Shown one piece after another: positions 47,061 to 60,649 of a stretch of DNA of 64,000 nt. The position numbers and the translations under genes were made by a program. The notes beneath the pieces are model-generated. The model made no database searches. It saw only the letters and a list, made by a program, of their open reading frames with translations, and was not told where the DNA came from. The stretch lies in the NCBI RefSeq assembly GCF_006345805.1, contig NW_021831989.1, positions 606,266 to 670,265 of the forward strand, written 5' to 3'. Every line of letters begins with the position of its first letter. Within the stretch, counting starts at the first letter, position 1. The DNA is from Octopus sinensis (lineage: Eukaryota).

Positions 47061-50000
47061 TTAAGATGAAAATCGGGAATCATCTTCCAAATTATCCAGA
47101 GGTAAAGGTCCTAGTGTCGTTAGTTAATATACGTCTATAATACCGATGTAAATAAGTAAGACTGGAAACAAAACAAGCAAATGTGAAGCCGCAACAAGGA
47201 TAGCTACCATAAAAGTTTTGAAGTAGTAGATATATATTAACTGTGTTTTACTCAATGATAGTATCACTATCCCGACAAACCATACAAAAACAAGTCCACA
47301 AACAATCTACCGAAAAATAAAAATTATATATCTACAATGCTTCCATTAAAGTTCAACATGTTGGTTACACGTTTGATTTTAGAGGGTTCTCGATCTAGAG
47401 AGAATGTATGAGCACTGTGAATCAGAAGTTGGATCATGACAGCCACAGACTTAAAAATGTAATAAACATAACAACCGTGATCAGATTTATTAATAGAATT
47501 GAATTCAATTGAATATTCAATGCTCCAAGTGTACCAAAAAAAACAAAAATTGCAGAAGCCATTGTAATGCTGACAATTAACGATGACCATAAATCAAGAG
47601 CAAAAAAAATTATAAAGCAAAAAAATAGAACACTAAGAAGCGACAAAACAAGAATACAGGTCGTCCTATACAAACCTTGATATTGCGCAAAAAAGATGTA
47701 GAAATAACTAAAAATTACTCAAACAGAAGTCATATGACCTATAAGGAAATACATCAACTGGTGAGTCCAGGAATTTGCTAAGATCGTTAGATATAAGACG
47801 TCCAATGGCATGTGCTTCCTCAAAGGCAGACAAATACTGGTCAGTAGTGTTCATAGAGATTTCAAAAGCCATGAAATTAGTAGCTATAAATATATTAATT
47901 TTTTTTAAAAATAACCCCCGATTTTATTATCTGTGTAATTTACAGAAGCCGAATATTCTGCCTTTCCACTAATCATTTAGTATTAATAAATACCCTAAGG
48001 GGCATGTAGCAGTAGGGACGTCACTTAAAAACCAAGGTACATGTTGCAAAAAGTCTTGAGAAGGTTGACATGGCATACATTTAGAATTTTTTACTATCGG
48101 AATATTAAATATTAATATACCAGATGAGTTGCAAAACATTCCAGTATCATTATAATAACGACAGCAACTTGAACTATCCTTCCACAAAGTATATTGATCC
48201 ACCCAATTATTACAAGAGGTTGCAATACCAGACCTATCAAAATACGCCAATGAAATTGAATACTTCTTTGAGAACTGGGAATATGCAGCAATCGTAGCAG
48301 ACAGTGATTTCGAATATGAGGAAGAAGTCCCACTCAAAGCCTTAAGATAACGAGGATTGCTGTAGTTGAATCCATCTTTGACAACAAAGTAGACTGGAGC
48401 TCCAATTCGGAGATATTTTCCCTGATCATCCAAATACTTGTTGAGATATGAGGCCTATGATTTGAATTTAAATTATGACTTTTGGGAATGAAGAATTAAT
48501 GTCCAGTCCAACCGGAAACTTAAGAAGAAATGTCCAGGAAATTAAATTCCAGATAACAAACGTCACAATCTGATCAATTATATATTATCGACTACAATTA
48601 TGGGACGAAGATAATTTTTTAAAATGAGCCGAGCAAACAATACTCTCATAAAATTCCGCAAAGGACTCATAGCAATATTTTTAGTCTAAACAAATATATA
48701 AAAATTACCATTCTATCAGGAATATTCCATCTTAATTGAACAACCGAAAATGCTAAAAATAGGAGAATGTTAAAAACGACTGAAACCAAGCCGCATAATC
48801 CATACATCTGTAGTATAGGAATTCGGACCACCGAAACTGCCAATTGAAAAAATTGAAGAAACCTGCAATAAATATTAAAATGTGAATGAGAAAAGTTTTA
48901 AATATAGTCGGTAACACTGTCTCACATACATCACCAATCAAAAGTTCTTCAGTAGAAGCATATGGCCAGTTTCTCCACTATGTATGCGAAATGTAAAATA
49001 TACCCAGATAGTATGGTATAGAGTAAAAAAATTAATGACTGATATAGAGAGGACAACCAAGAACACACTATACAACGCCATAAATGATCCGTCTATTCCA
49101 ACATAACTTAGAAAACCAACAGCTGATGTCAAAGAAGCCACAGAGACAAATATACAAATCAAAGATAACTTGATCTCACACTAATAATAATAGACAATAT
49201 ATTACAGGAAAACGAGGAAAAGGAAAAAGGAATCCGGAAATCATAAAAATGCAAATAAACATTGCTACAAAGCTAATGGAAATTATTGGAAAGTTGGTGG
49301 AAATCACTTTTTGGGTTTCTCTTGCGACAGAGATCTGTTTTGGTTAGTTAATAACTCCGATACCTGTGCAGAATATGAAAATAAAAAATATTTGGATTTG
49401 TATGTTTCCAAAAATGATAAAAATTTATTTTCCCACGCCTCAACTTTGGCCAAATATTCCAAATCCATACTATTCCTTACCAACAGAGTCACAATTAAAG
49501 CCTGTGAATAGAGATAGTCATTTCCTAATACATAATACAAGAATTAATTAACTATCGAATCCGCCAAATGATATTTCAGGTCTAACAGGTATACCTGATT
49601 TATCAATACATGGAATGCCAATTGATGGATCATCAAACGAGAGAGGGTGTCTAAAATTCATAAAATTAGTCACTTCGTGCAGAAATCAATGTGATCAATG
49701 TAATTGTAGCCGGTCTTAGACACCTTGTTTATATTGGAGGAATTTCCTTGAAAATATGAGCTGACACTCTGAATTGTGCAGTTCGAATTAAATGGAGAGA
49801 GAGGGGAAAAACAAATATCTGATAATTTGATCATAGATTTATTGTATTCTGCTTTGATCTCTGAGATTGAATTCTCCAATTCAAACAACTTTGTAAATAC
49901 ATATTTAGGAATATAAACCTCAAATAAAACTTCTTTATCCAAGAGAGAACTGTAATTAGTTTTCTTTGAATTTTGACTTGGTATTGGGGTTATTATTATT

Positions 50001-51402
50001 TGCTCAATTCGATAAAACGGACTGAAACGTATGATAATTAAAAATATAACCCAAAGCTCTCATCAAAGTATTGCTTCTCGAAAATGGCGGAATTGGATGG
50101 ATCCAAAAACAATTTCACAGGATCATTTACATCCTAAAAATAATTTTTTTATTAAGAAATAAGTAATCTCATAATTGATAAAAGAATGTTAAATTAGAAA
50201 AAAATGATTTTACAAATAAAAAATATTTAACCTTAAACTTATATATTCCAGAAGATAAAATTGCCACCAAAACAAGCGAGATCAATGATATAAGGCGAAT
50301 ATGGTGGGAACTAAACATTCCCCAAGAGCGAAATAGTTGAGAAAATAAAACGGATTGTTTTCTGAAATAATTTTTTCTGAATTTCTGAGTGAAAGGTTGC
50401 GGGGAATCTCCAAGAAGCGGTTGATAAGCCAAATCAAAATATGTTGTCCTGTCATACAAACCAAAATATATTATGTTCACTGTGGTTTAGTTTTATAAGA
50501 AAACCTGAGCCAAATATAATTATAAATGCAGATCCGATCACAATTGGCACAAAATAACGTATAGGCATGCCCATCACTATTCTCTCATCACTAGAAGGAA
50601 ATGTAGGTGCAATGCACATCCTAGGACAGTCTTGACAACTACAAGGCATTGCCGTTCCATTAAGGTCATCACTACACCGGAAAGCTGTAACTGTACTAGG
50701 AACTAATTTGTCCTTCGGGCCATCACTCAACTCAAAATGGATCTTTAATTTATTTAACATGGAAAACATCGAAAGGGACGTTTGGGTTGATTTTGGTGTT
50801 TCCTAGATAGTTGAGCATTTTTTTCAAAGTGCAGTTCGTGTCCATTCCGCAAAGGAAAGATATCGTTTTAAATCCTCCAACTCCGACCATATCTTTGCAT
50901 GATGAAAAAAGTTCATTTCCAAATGTTTCTGTGTATAAACATTCCAATAAAGTGACAGAATTATTTTGACCTAATTCCAGAGCTTTGCTGAACGTCCCCT
51001 GAAATGGACTGCATGTCATCTCGCAAAAAAAATTAAAAAGGTTTCTCAGACACGCAGGACAATTCGAAAAAATAGAGCGAATTAGTTCCAAGTTGTTATT
51101 CAAAATTTCCAGTTGTTCCGGGTCACAGCACGTGTAAGAACCTGGAACATAAAAATATTTAATAACCTTGAACATTATAAAATTGTGGGCATATATTTTT
51201 GAGTATTTTGTTTGAATCTTTGCCTTCTAAAATTTTTGCGTCTCCAGTGTAATCACAGTTTTTTTGATTTCCATTTTCGTCAGTGTAACAGATTCCATAC
51301 ATGCTACACCGACCAATTGGTTCATTCAAAATCTTTAAATTTTTAACTATAATTGGCCACTTTATTTAATAACAGGAAAAGAAATGCGTGACACGCAACC
51401 AT
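47061..51402 (-). CDS. NPC1: Niemann-Pick C1 family cholesterol transporter, many micro-introns
   Basis: Cys-rich NTD (CSMYGIC, TCCDPEQL..CPACLRN..FCEMTCSP.Q), CSCQDC, FYRIEQIII, LSDICFSPL..NCTIQSV..YFQ, AWENKFL, GAPVYFVV, WVDQY..W...SSCCRY, FPVLL.YIGP. First exon uncertain. Confidence 0.92.
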
Positions 51403-51794
51403 TAAACAAATTCCATAATTAATTCAAAAATAAATTTTATTGTTTAAAAATTATTCTAGTACTTAATTATATAAAATGATTTTTAACAAAATTTCATTCC
51501 TGAAAGTTTCCACAAATATCAGTGATGATTTCGCTCCACCATAACTTTTTGTTTTAATTCCTAACTGATACGACTGATACAAAATAATGGTTTTAATTCC
51601 ACTTTTGTTAAGTAGGTTCCTGGTGAATGCACATTTTAAATATATGTCAATAAGCAACAAAACAAAGAAAATGATCATTTTGACTACAATGTTTCTCAAA
51701 TCTACAATAATAACTAATAACTAGGGAAACATTTTTATTGACCTAAAAAAATTAGAACAATTATTAACACAATTTACCATCAATTATTTGAGGT

Positions 51795-52215
51795 TTAAGT
51801 AGTTCTTGTATGTAAAGAAGAACTGATGGCGATCCTGTTTCCCCTCACTATTGCTTGGGACACGTTCTGGAGGAGCCATCTCGTCTCCAAAGGATTGTGT
51901 GTTCTCAAGGTCTTAAGACGTCCAATACACTTGAGGAAGCGCAACGACTCCTTCCCAATCAATCCCAGGGTTTCGACAGCAACCGGCCGGAAAACGTAAC
52001 GATCGGTGAGCCCATCATATTTCTTCTTCTTGATGTCCTCTGCTTTATCCGCAGCTGTGCCATGCAGGCACTTTCCAACATGTTTGTCTTGGACAAGGAG
52101 TCGGAACATGTTGAATTTCATACGAGAGGCTTTCCTTCCAAAAACAGAAAGATAGTCATCCCGTCTGGGCGTTTTCCATCTCCTCGGTCCAATCCAGGTG
52201 GTTCCAGCACTGATG
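51795..52215 (-). mobile_element. CRE-like retrotransposon 3' end
   Basis: [47 protein letters not shown]. Confidence 0.85.
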
Positions 52216-52289
52216 GTGGTTCCAGCCTAAAAAAATTACTTTTAAAAATTCAATTTAATAGGCCGTAAAATTTTAAAAATTGACTGAAA

Positions 52290-52620
52290 AATTTTTTGAA
52301 TAGTGTCATTAATAATTTGACTGATTATAGAAGAATTTGGAGAAAAATCAATTTTTGTACAATCTATTAGGTAAGATTTTTGCGGATTTGCCAACGTTCC
52401 AATTAGACATTTAACAAATTTATTTCTCCCAACATTGGTTTCGTCCAAAATCAAAAAAAACCTGAACAACTAAATTATTAAAATTAACTTTCTCATTTGA
52501 AATCGCTTGATTCCAAAAAATCCTCTGCAAAATCAATCCAGACAATTATGCCCACAATAATTTGTTTCGTAAATTTTTGAGAAATAGTTCTGATAAACTT
52601 TATAATAAACATTGAAGTAT
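52290..52620 (-). mobile_element. hAT-related (CGGBP1-like) transposase remnant
   Basis: FLILDETNVGRNKFVKCLIGTL..YLID..NSSIISQII resembles the first catalytic D region. Confidence 0.45.
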
Positions 52621-52624
52621 TTAA

Positions 52625-53445
52625 TTAGCAGCAGAGGATAAGATGGAATGGCAATTCCCACGCAAGATGGCTATTGATATGCGTTGGAAAAGACATGTCA
52701 GGTCCCCCAGTTTAATAAGGAATTTTTTAGTTCTGGAACAGAGGACTCCTGACGTCTCCACTGCGATCGAGGCAAAGATATGACGGAGCGATAATGCACT
52801 GTATTTCTTGATTTTTAGCGTTTCTGCCAGGTTAGCTGCGGAGCCCGGCTCTGCGGCTAACGTAAAGATGTTTCAGGCCGTGCAAGTTGCGTCCCAGACT
52901 TGCCATTTTCGAAGGGGAATGTCGTTAGGCCGTCAGGACGTTTACCATTCTCCCGAACCAGGCCGACCGGTTCCAACTGTGATAGGAATTCGGCAGTTTC
53001 AAGAGTCCGCTTGACTATGTCGTTCAGGGCAGCGTGTCGGGGAAAGCGTCCGGAGCTTCTCTGACACGATAGTGGGTGCAATCCAAAGGGGTCAACGGTC
53101 GATCCACAACGGCACCGGTGTTCTCAAAATACATTTAGTCCCAGGGGCAATGAGACGGCGATCCTCAGGCAATCATCGTCCATTAAGGTTCCAATCGATC
53201 CCATAGGGATGGCGGTCAATCGAGCCCCCGAATATGGTTGCGAGGCAGACAATAAACAAGCCAAACGATGTTGGTTAAGCTTAGGCTTGAGGTTGTTCGA
53301 CTTCTGATCACAGAGAATCCTGTCCCATTCGTCTTGTGCGTGTGTATTCTGCGGAAGCTCAAGAGACATCCCAAGCCAGCGACTTTCTGCGGCGACTGAC
53401 TCCGAGTCGACAGGAGATTCGGTAACGGGTTGGAGAATCGTATTG
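52625..53445 (-). mobile_element. CRE-like retrotransposon 3' part
   Basis: RLACLLSASQPYSGA.LTAIP..IGTLMD; [24 protein letters not shown]; GKRPDG. Confidence 0.88.
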
Positions 53446-53769
53446 AAGCGCAAAGAAATGATTTTCATTTTTCTATGCTTGTTAAAACTATAACAAGCTT
53501 GTGGAAAGAAGAATTACCATCAATTTTATTGAGTTTATGATCACGTTGCAACAGTCCTTCAAGCATGTCGAAATTAAAAAACTACGTAAAAGATTATATT
53601 CGATCATAATCACTTAAGAAGATTTCAGTAATCACTTAAGAAGAAATTGTGAAATCAGAGAATCAAGGCCGCTCAGTGTAGGCCAAGCATTAAAGTTTTC
53701 AACAGATTTTACTCCACAAGTTTTTATCACTAAATCAATCAAATTTTTGACCAGTTCAACAGAAAAGAG

Positions 53770-55120
53770 TTAAAATGCGCAGCGGATCGACTGGCAATTC
53801 CCGCGCATGATGGCCAATGAGATCCTTTGAAAGAGTCTGATCGACTCGTTGGGATCTTTCGTGGCAACCACGAGCTTAGATCCAAGGCGGCGGAGAAACG
53901 ATAGCGTCTGCGGGCCGATGACTCCAGAGGTTTCCACCGCGACTGCAGTGAATTGGTGATTCTTTGCCAGGACCCGGTACTTCTTCTGTTTTGTTAGTTC
54001 CGCCTGCTTTGCAACTGAGCCCGGTTCCGCAGCGGAGGCAATTAGATTCTTGGCGGAGAAAGTGTCGGAACAGGTGGCGTCCCAAATAAGGCATTTCCCC
54101 TTTTCAAACGGGAAGATTGACATGCCATCCGGGCGCTTACCGTCGCCTCTGTCGAGCCCGACTGGTTCGAGCTCATTAGGAAACCCCGCCGTCGTTAGGG
54201 CACGGCTCACGGTGTCGTTGATGGCGGCGTGTCGTGGGAAACGTCCGGCACTACGTGAGCAGGAGAGGGGATGATGGCCAAATGAATCCACTCTTAAACC
54301 GCAGCGGCACTGGTGTGTTCTGCAAATGGAAGTCCGAGGCGGAGAGAGACGGAATCCTTACACAGTCGTTGTCCATTAAGGTGCCGATTGACGCCATAGG
54401 GATTGCTGTAAGCCATGCACCAGAATATGGTTGCGAGGCGGCCAATAAGCAAGCCAAGCGATGTTGATTGAGTTTCGGCTTGAGGCTGTTTATCTTGTGG
54501 TCGCAGAGGATCCGGTCCCATTGGCCTTGAGCGTGTGTATTCTTCGGGATTTCCAGAGACATCCCTTGCCAGCAACTTTCTGCAGCGACCGACTCTGTGT
54601 CCATAGATGATTCGGTTACGGATTGGAGAATCTCCTGGACCAGATCGTTTGTCGCATTAACTGAAGATAAGTACGCCGGGATAGAAAGGTCGACAGATGA
54701 TCGGATACCAATACCGCCATGGCTTATAGGAAGGGTGGCCTGTTGCCAACCGGTAATATTGCAAATGAACTCCAAGCTGGATTTAAGCGAAAAATCAAAT
54801 GATTCGAGAGCCCTCAGGTTAAAGAAACATGGGGCACTTTTGAGGATAAAAAGAAGCTTTGGAATTGCAAAACAGTTGCGTAGGAAAAACAGGCCGGAAT
54901 GGGAATCGATTTTTGCTAGTTTGTTAGAAATTGCCACTAGCGAGGATGTTTTAGCATATAGGGATAATTCAACACCCAGATTAGATATGAGGGACCCTAA
55001 GATTTTCAAATTTTCGATCAAGGTCCTGCGGATATTTGGAAGGACATTCGAGAACGTATTAAATACAGAGGTAAAATCTTCTGGGGTAAAGCCAATATTG
55101 GCAATTTCGGTCCACAAGTT
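53770..55120 (-). mobile_element. CRE-like retrotransposon, RT C-terminus + CCHC + RLE; same family as 52625-53445
   Basis: ATLPISHGGIGIR..PAYLSS; [22 protein letters not shown]; DGKRPDG..LIWDATCSDT..KQKKY..AVETSG..QRISLAIMRGN. Confidence 0.92.
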
Positions 55121-55203
55121 AAAACGAAAAATTCTTAAAATAAGCTTTTTGACATTAAAATCTATTTAAATGGGCAAAATTCAGTTAAAAACAATAAACA
55201 AAA

Positions 55204-56170
55204 TCAATCAATAGCTAATAAAATGTTTTCCACAAGCGATCTCATAGGCTCGTATCGAGGAGAATTCAAAAACAATTCTATTATTTCGTCACACTTTCTA
55301 ATAAAAATATTGCCCCACATTGGTTCAATTGGAAGGAAACCTTAGAATAATTATAAATTTTCAACCAAGAAAATTTATATTAAACATTTTTGCAAGATTC
55401 TTTCCTCCGTCCTTAGCAAAAATATTCGAAATATTCTTCAAACTTACGAAAGTAAAATTCAACCTCACAATGGGGGCAGAGAAACCCAGACATATTTTCG
55501 ATAATTCCGAGAATAGAAAGGGAGGTCTCCTTACAAAAGGAAATCTCCCTGCGTACGTCAGCGAGGGATACGGCTTGAGGAGTAGTCACAAGAATGACGC
55601 CCCTGGGAGATATTAATTTGGCGATTGAAATATGTTCATCTGACGTTCCAGGAGGAGTATCCACAATTAGAAAATCGAGTTCTCCCCAGTTTACATTTTG
55701 GACAAGTTGGCGAATCATCGATACTTTCCGGGGGCCACGCCAAACAACGGGTGTGTCTTCTCTTTGTAAGAGAAAGCCAAGAGACACAACAGAAAACATT
55801 TTATCTGCGCTCCAATACACGGGCTCCCAGCTATTGTATTTTTGTTATAAAATATTATTTTAATATAATTTATCTTAAATCATGTAATATACAATATAAT
55901 AATAAAAGTTGCATTTATCACGTGTTAAAAAATATAATAAAAGTAACCCTAATTCACTTTGAATTAATTTTTTATTTTGGAGGCCAAGAATTGTTGGTGC
56001 AGAAGGTCCACATAAATCAATGTCCAACAAAGAAACCGTAATTTATGACATTATAAATTTACTCGATATCCCTTTACGTACAAAGAAAAAGCCAGGAATG
56101 CTGATACTGTTGTCTTTCCGACACCACCTTTCCCAGACATTACAAAAAGCACATTTCTACATGCATCCAT
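55204..56170 (-). CDS. NUBP2: Cytosolic Fe-S cluster assembly factor NUBP2 (Cfd1), spliced
   Basis: [75 protein letters not shown]. Lacks the N-terminal 4-Cys domain of NUBP1. Confidence 0.92.
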
Positions 56171-56419
56171 CACTACAACCTTAAAAAATTTATGTTAATA
56201 ATTTTATTAAATATGATCTCATTATTAAAAAAAGTTATTTGAAAAAATAAAAAAATGTCAGGAGGCCTCAGTATGAAAAACGGTCAGAAGAAAGTCGATA
56301 TCAAATGAAACTGCACGAAAAACAAGCTTTCGAAATGGCTGAAAAGCCTATTATTGCTCCCTCCAATTTAGCCAAGGTGCTTCTGAGGGAGGTCAGTCGC
56401 GGAAGAATTGATCGTACTA

Positions 56420-56735
56420 ATGATACAATATGTCTGCTAGCTTGTGAGGCGAACACCGGAGCTGAGGCTCTATCTTGGCAAAGCGAAGTCTCACATTTTT
56501 GTTATTAATGAGACAAAGTTGAAGGAAGGAATGAAAGTGAAATTTGAAGGCTAAAAGTCTATTAATATACCATGGAAAGTAGACTCAGTTGCGGGAACAG
56601 AAGCCTTGGTGTATTACAGGGCGAACCTGAAGATTAGGAACATTAGAGTTGTAGAGAAGTCACTCTATGAACTTATTGTGCTTGAGATGCACACAACTGC
56701 TAGCTGGCTAAATGTCGGGGGAATGTACTCAAGTT
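56420..56735 (+). mobile_element. APE endonuclease domain fragment of a LINE
   Basis: ELRLYL..SHIFVINETKL..KFEG..LNVGGMYS. Confidence 0.55.
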
Positions 56736-57515
56736 TCTAAGTTTTGCTTACTAAGTAAAACTTGACGGAAGACTAGAAGACTCGCAAGAATCCTCTGTGC
56801 CCGCAATCCAGATAGTCCTGGAGAAAAGTTGTGTTGAGTAATTATAATTTGGGTTAGCATGGAAAGAGACACTTCCGTGTCTTGTTTTATCTCCCGTTAT
56901 TTTTTTTCTTGTTCTTTGGGTTTTTAGTTTTTTGAACAATAAAAACAATTCAATTCAATAATGTAACTCCAAATAATGAATTTTAATAAGTTAAACTAAT
57001 TAATTTCATCTTAGTGGCAATCCTGAAAGAGACCTATTTAACAATCCGCAACACGATTGATTCTCCACTCCTGGAATTAATCAAAAAAATGTACATCAGA
57101 TACTTTATTAGGTATATATCATGACTACATTCCTGTTTATTTTATGTTAATTAATTTCATTCGCCATAATCCAAGTCAATTATTGGTCAATCTTTTTGCT
57201 GCCAGCTTATTTCTTTATTAATATGAACTAAAAAATAAAAACAAATTTTAATGTTAAAATGATTTGTTGCTAAAATATATTCCACAAATCGGACAATCCT
57301 TTTTAGGGCCAACATTTTGACAGCTACAGCCAGTTCATTGGGATTTCAGCGAAGGAGTAGCATTCGCGTTCTTTGCTTCGATTCGGAGAAAGTGTAGTTT
57401 TTTAATTAAACGAGTATTTTAAATACTAAGACAGTACTTAAATAAAAAATAGTCTTTGTTTTGCTTTCATAGCCGATTATTTAGTTTAATGTTAGTGATG
57501 TTTATTGTCATTAAT

Positions 57516-60461
57516 TTAATTAGTCATCTTTTTTGATGAAACATATTTTTTAAATCTGTTTAAAGTGCCCTTGGTACTTCTTTTAATCTTATCTTTATTT
57601 CTGAAATATATATTCTCAAATAGGTTTGCTACAACTGCCACACCAATTCCGACTATGGCCGTAAAAAAGACTCCTGAAAAGAAATAAAATGTTTGTAACA
57701 AAACCTGCAATTTGATAGAAATTCCCGTTATTTTCTTCTAATTTCAAATTACAATTATTTGTAGAGAATTTTAAATGCCATTTTAATTCAATATTTTCGA
57801 TGTCATTTTCTTGAAATTTATAATCATTTCAAACTTAAAATCTGTGTTAATATGCGGTCAAACGAAGCTTTAAAAGGACTGTTTTTAGCAAATGCTATAG
57901 CCAAGTTATGTTCAGCAAAATTAAATTTCAGTTGGCTAAATCGGCATTCTTTGTAACTCTCGTAAATCAACCGTTCTTTTGGCAAAATGAGACCATCGAT
58001 TTGGCTAATATTTAGACACACACCAAACTTGGTTTTTAAAGCGCTTAGTGCTTCTTCTGTTGAGTTATAAAATTTTTTTAATTTATTAAGAATTTCAAAG
58101 TATTTTTGTTCCGATTTTAGTGATTCAATGATATATGGATCGTTTACACCTCCAAAAATTGCGCCCTGCAAGTATCAATACACAAAACTAAATACAGGCT
58201 TCCCGGATTTTTCTAACTGAATAAACTCTGCGTGTTTGGTGACCAAAAATCCAGCCAATTGAGCAGTATATGAAGCAGATATTATCATGGTAAAAAAAGC
58301 CCATACGAGCCCTAAAGCACGGGCTGAAAAACTGCGCGGAATTCCTTCTCCAATTGCAGAATTTATCGCAACACTTAAAGTGAACCAGAATCCGCTTGAG
58401 ATATTAAGTGCATCTCTGACTGCACACGATTCCTCTTCGTGAAACGTTCCAAACGGAGAGACTCTGTCAAATACAAAAAAGGCTACCGCCGTTGAAAGGA
58501 TAGAAAAAATTATAAGCATCCACAAATTAAAAGAAAATGGATGGAGAAAATTTTGAATATTAATTTCGTTTATTTCCTTGATAGATTATAAATTTTCAAA
58601 AATATTTTATTAATTAATAAAAATATAAACCAATTTTTGTAATTTCTATATTTTATAAAATTACTTTATTTTGTATTAATACACTTTCTTGGCTTCTAAA
58701 AGAAAGACTGTATGAAATAAATTTTGCTCGTTCTGCTGTGATATATATTGGAGCTAAAATAACATCTGTTTTTCCACTGACTAAATCTCCAATTAGTCCA
58801 TTCCAGTATTTAAAAACAGCGTTGTTGTGCTTAAGATATTAATAATTACGTACATTTTCATATGTTCCTCCGACACTGTCGTCCAGTTTAAGTTCAACTG
58901 AAAAATTAATCTGACTTTTATAAATCATCAAAATGTCGATTAAATAGCCACTGCAACAATATATTATCTGTTCATTTTTGTTAACATCTGTTTTGTTTAG
59001 ATATATACATTCAATCTCTTCAAAGCTACAAGTCCCATTTTTTAAGCGTTTTTTTGTATACGGAATGATTTCTGTTGAAGTGATCTTCACGAATAGTAAG
59101 ATAAATGCCACCCTGATAAGCTTTTGTTTTGGGATGCCAATCTTACTACAATTATTACATTCGGAATACGGTCCAGACACTCCTGGAAACCAAATAAGAT
59201 TTTTGTTCATTTGAAAATCAATCTTAAAAATTATAAAATTATAATAACATTCAATTTGTCTCTGATAACTATTCCAACAGATACCAACAAGTTTTGTTGC
59301 TTGTTTACAAGAGAATAATTGTACCATCGACGTTGTCCCATATCCGAGAATATTATTCTTCCAGAATATCCATCACTGTAAGTTAAGATCATCAATCTAA
59401 TAAGGCCTCTTTTTTGAATTACTTTAGAATTTCAGATTCGACCGTAGAATGGCAATCTTCATAATTATTGTAAACTCTGTTAAGTAATTTGGAAAATTTT
59501 AATGCAGTTTGCGTCATATTAAAAGCATCTTTAACATAATTTAGTTCTTCTTCCATATTATTTTTAAAAGATAAAATTCCTAGTTTGGTAAATATTGAAA
59601 AGTTTTTTACCTTCAGGAGCTTCATTTAATTTAGCCAATTCTCCGTTTAAAATCCAAACATAAGGAATATCAAATAACTTAAGAGATTTTGCTATTTTAA
59701 AAATGGAAGGTGCTACTTCAATTCTAAATTAGGTTTTTTTTAATTCTGTGCTAGAAAATAAATAATCAGGTAATTAAAATAAAAAAATACTTAAATAATC
59801 CCAGAATTACGCTTCCAGGGGAATTTATAATTTGCCTAATTTTTTCGAAGCTATTTTCTATTCCCAAAGTAATGACAATGTTTAATTCAACCTTTTGAAA
59901 AAATTAAGAAAATACTTTTATTTGTGACGTTTCCAATGAACGTAGCATATATTTGCTCACAGCATCGTCACTGTTGATAAAAATAATTTGTGTCCAATTG
60001 TTTCTTTTGATTAGCAAAGTTAAAAGATCAAGTTCATCTTCAATTGATGGATACAACATGAGTTGTTTAATTTTATTCTAAAATTTCGTAAATCCGAAAG
60101 TCAAAACGTCTAAAGAAAAGTTCAAATCTGAATCATAATGTGACCCGATAACTAAAATTGGTATTTTTTTAATCCAGGATGTCAAAAAATTTAGACTAAT
60201 CAGTGATGATTTGTCGTAGCTGAGAATTATTAAGTTTGGTTTCACTATTGCAACTTTAGTACAAATTTGATCCATCATGTGTCTCGGATTTGGATTAAAA
60301 AGCAGTACTTCAAAATTTATATATTGATTTATTATTTGGCTTGAGTTTATGAAATTTTTTAGAATTGGAATATTCGACGGGTTCTTTAGAAAAACAAGAA
60401 TTCCATAAGCTGAGAAATGTGATAAAATATTTAAAAAAGGCAAGAGTATGATTGGCTTCAT
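57516..60461 (-). CDS. GRIN1: Ionotropic glutamate receptor, NMDA GluN1-like subunit (divergent), spliced
   Basis: CCSGYLIDIL; WNGLIGDLVSG.TDVILAP..ITAER; FDRVSPFG..ALNISSGFWF..INSAIGEGIPRSFSARALGLVWAFF.MII.ASYTAQLAGFLV. The GIGEG.PRSFSAR pattern is GluN1-specific. Confidence 0.82.
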
Positions 60462-60649
60462 TGAATCATTTTCAAAATTTTTCTATAAATATAATTCCTT
60501 AATCTCTAAGGATTCGCTAATTTAACAGCTAATGAGCACAGATAATATGGGAAATAATTATACTTATTGATAAATATGGCGAGCCATCCGTCTTATACAT
60601 TCTATCATGTTACATTTTTACCTATCTTAATAATAAAATGCTATGGTGT

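Noticed and set aside
53606-53643. 16-bp direct repeat taatcacttaagaaga
   Set aside because: A local micro-duplication in AT-rich spacer DNA with no associated structure.
12344-60461. Functional cluster linking glycine catabolism (GLDC) with a glycine-binding GluN1
   Set aside because: They are more than 40 kb apart with unrelated housekeeping genes in between; most likely coincidence.
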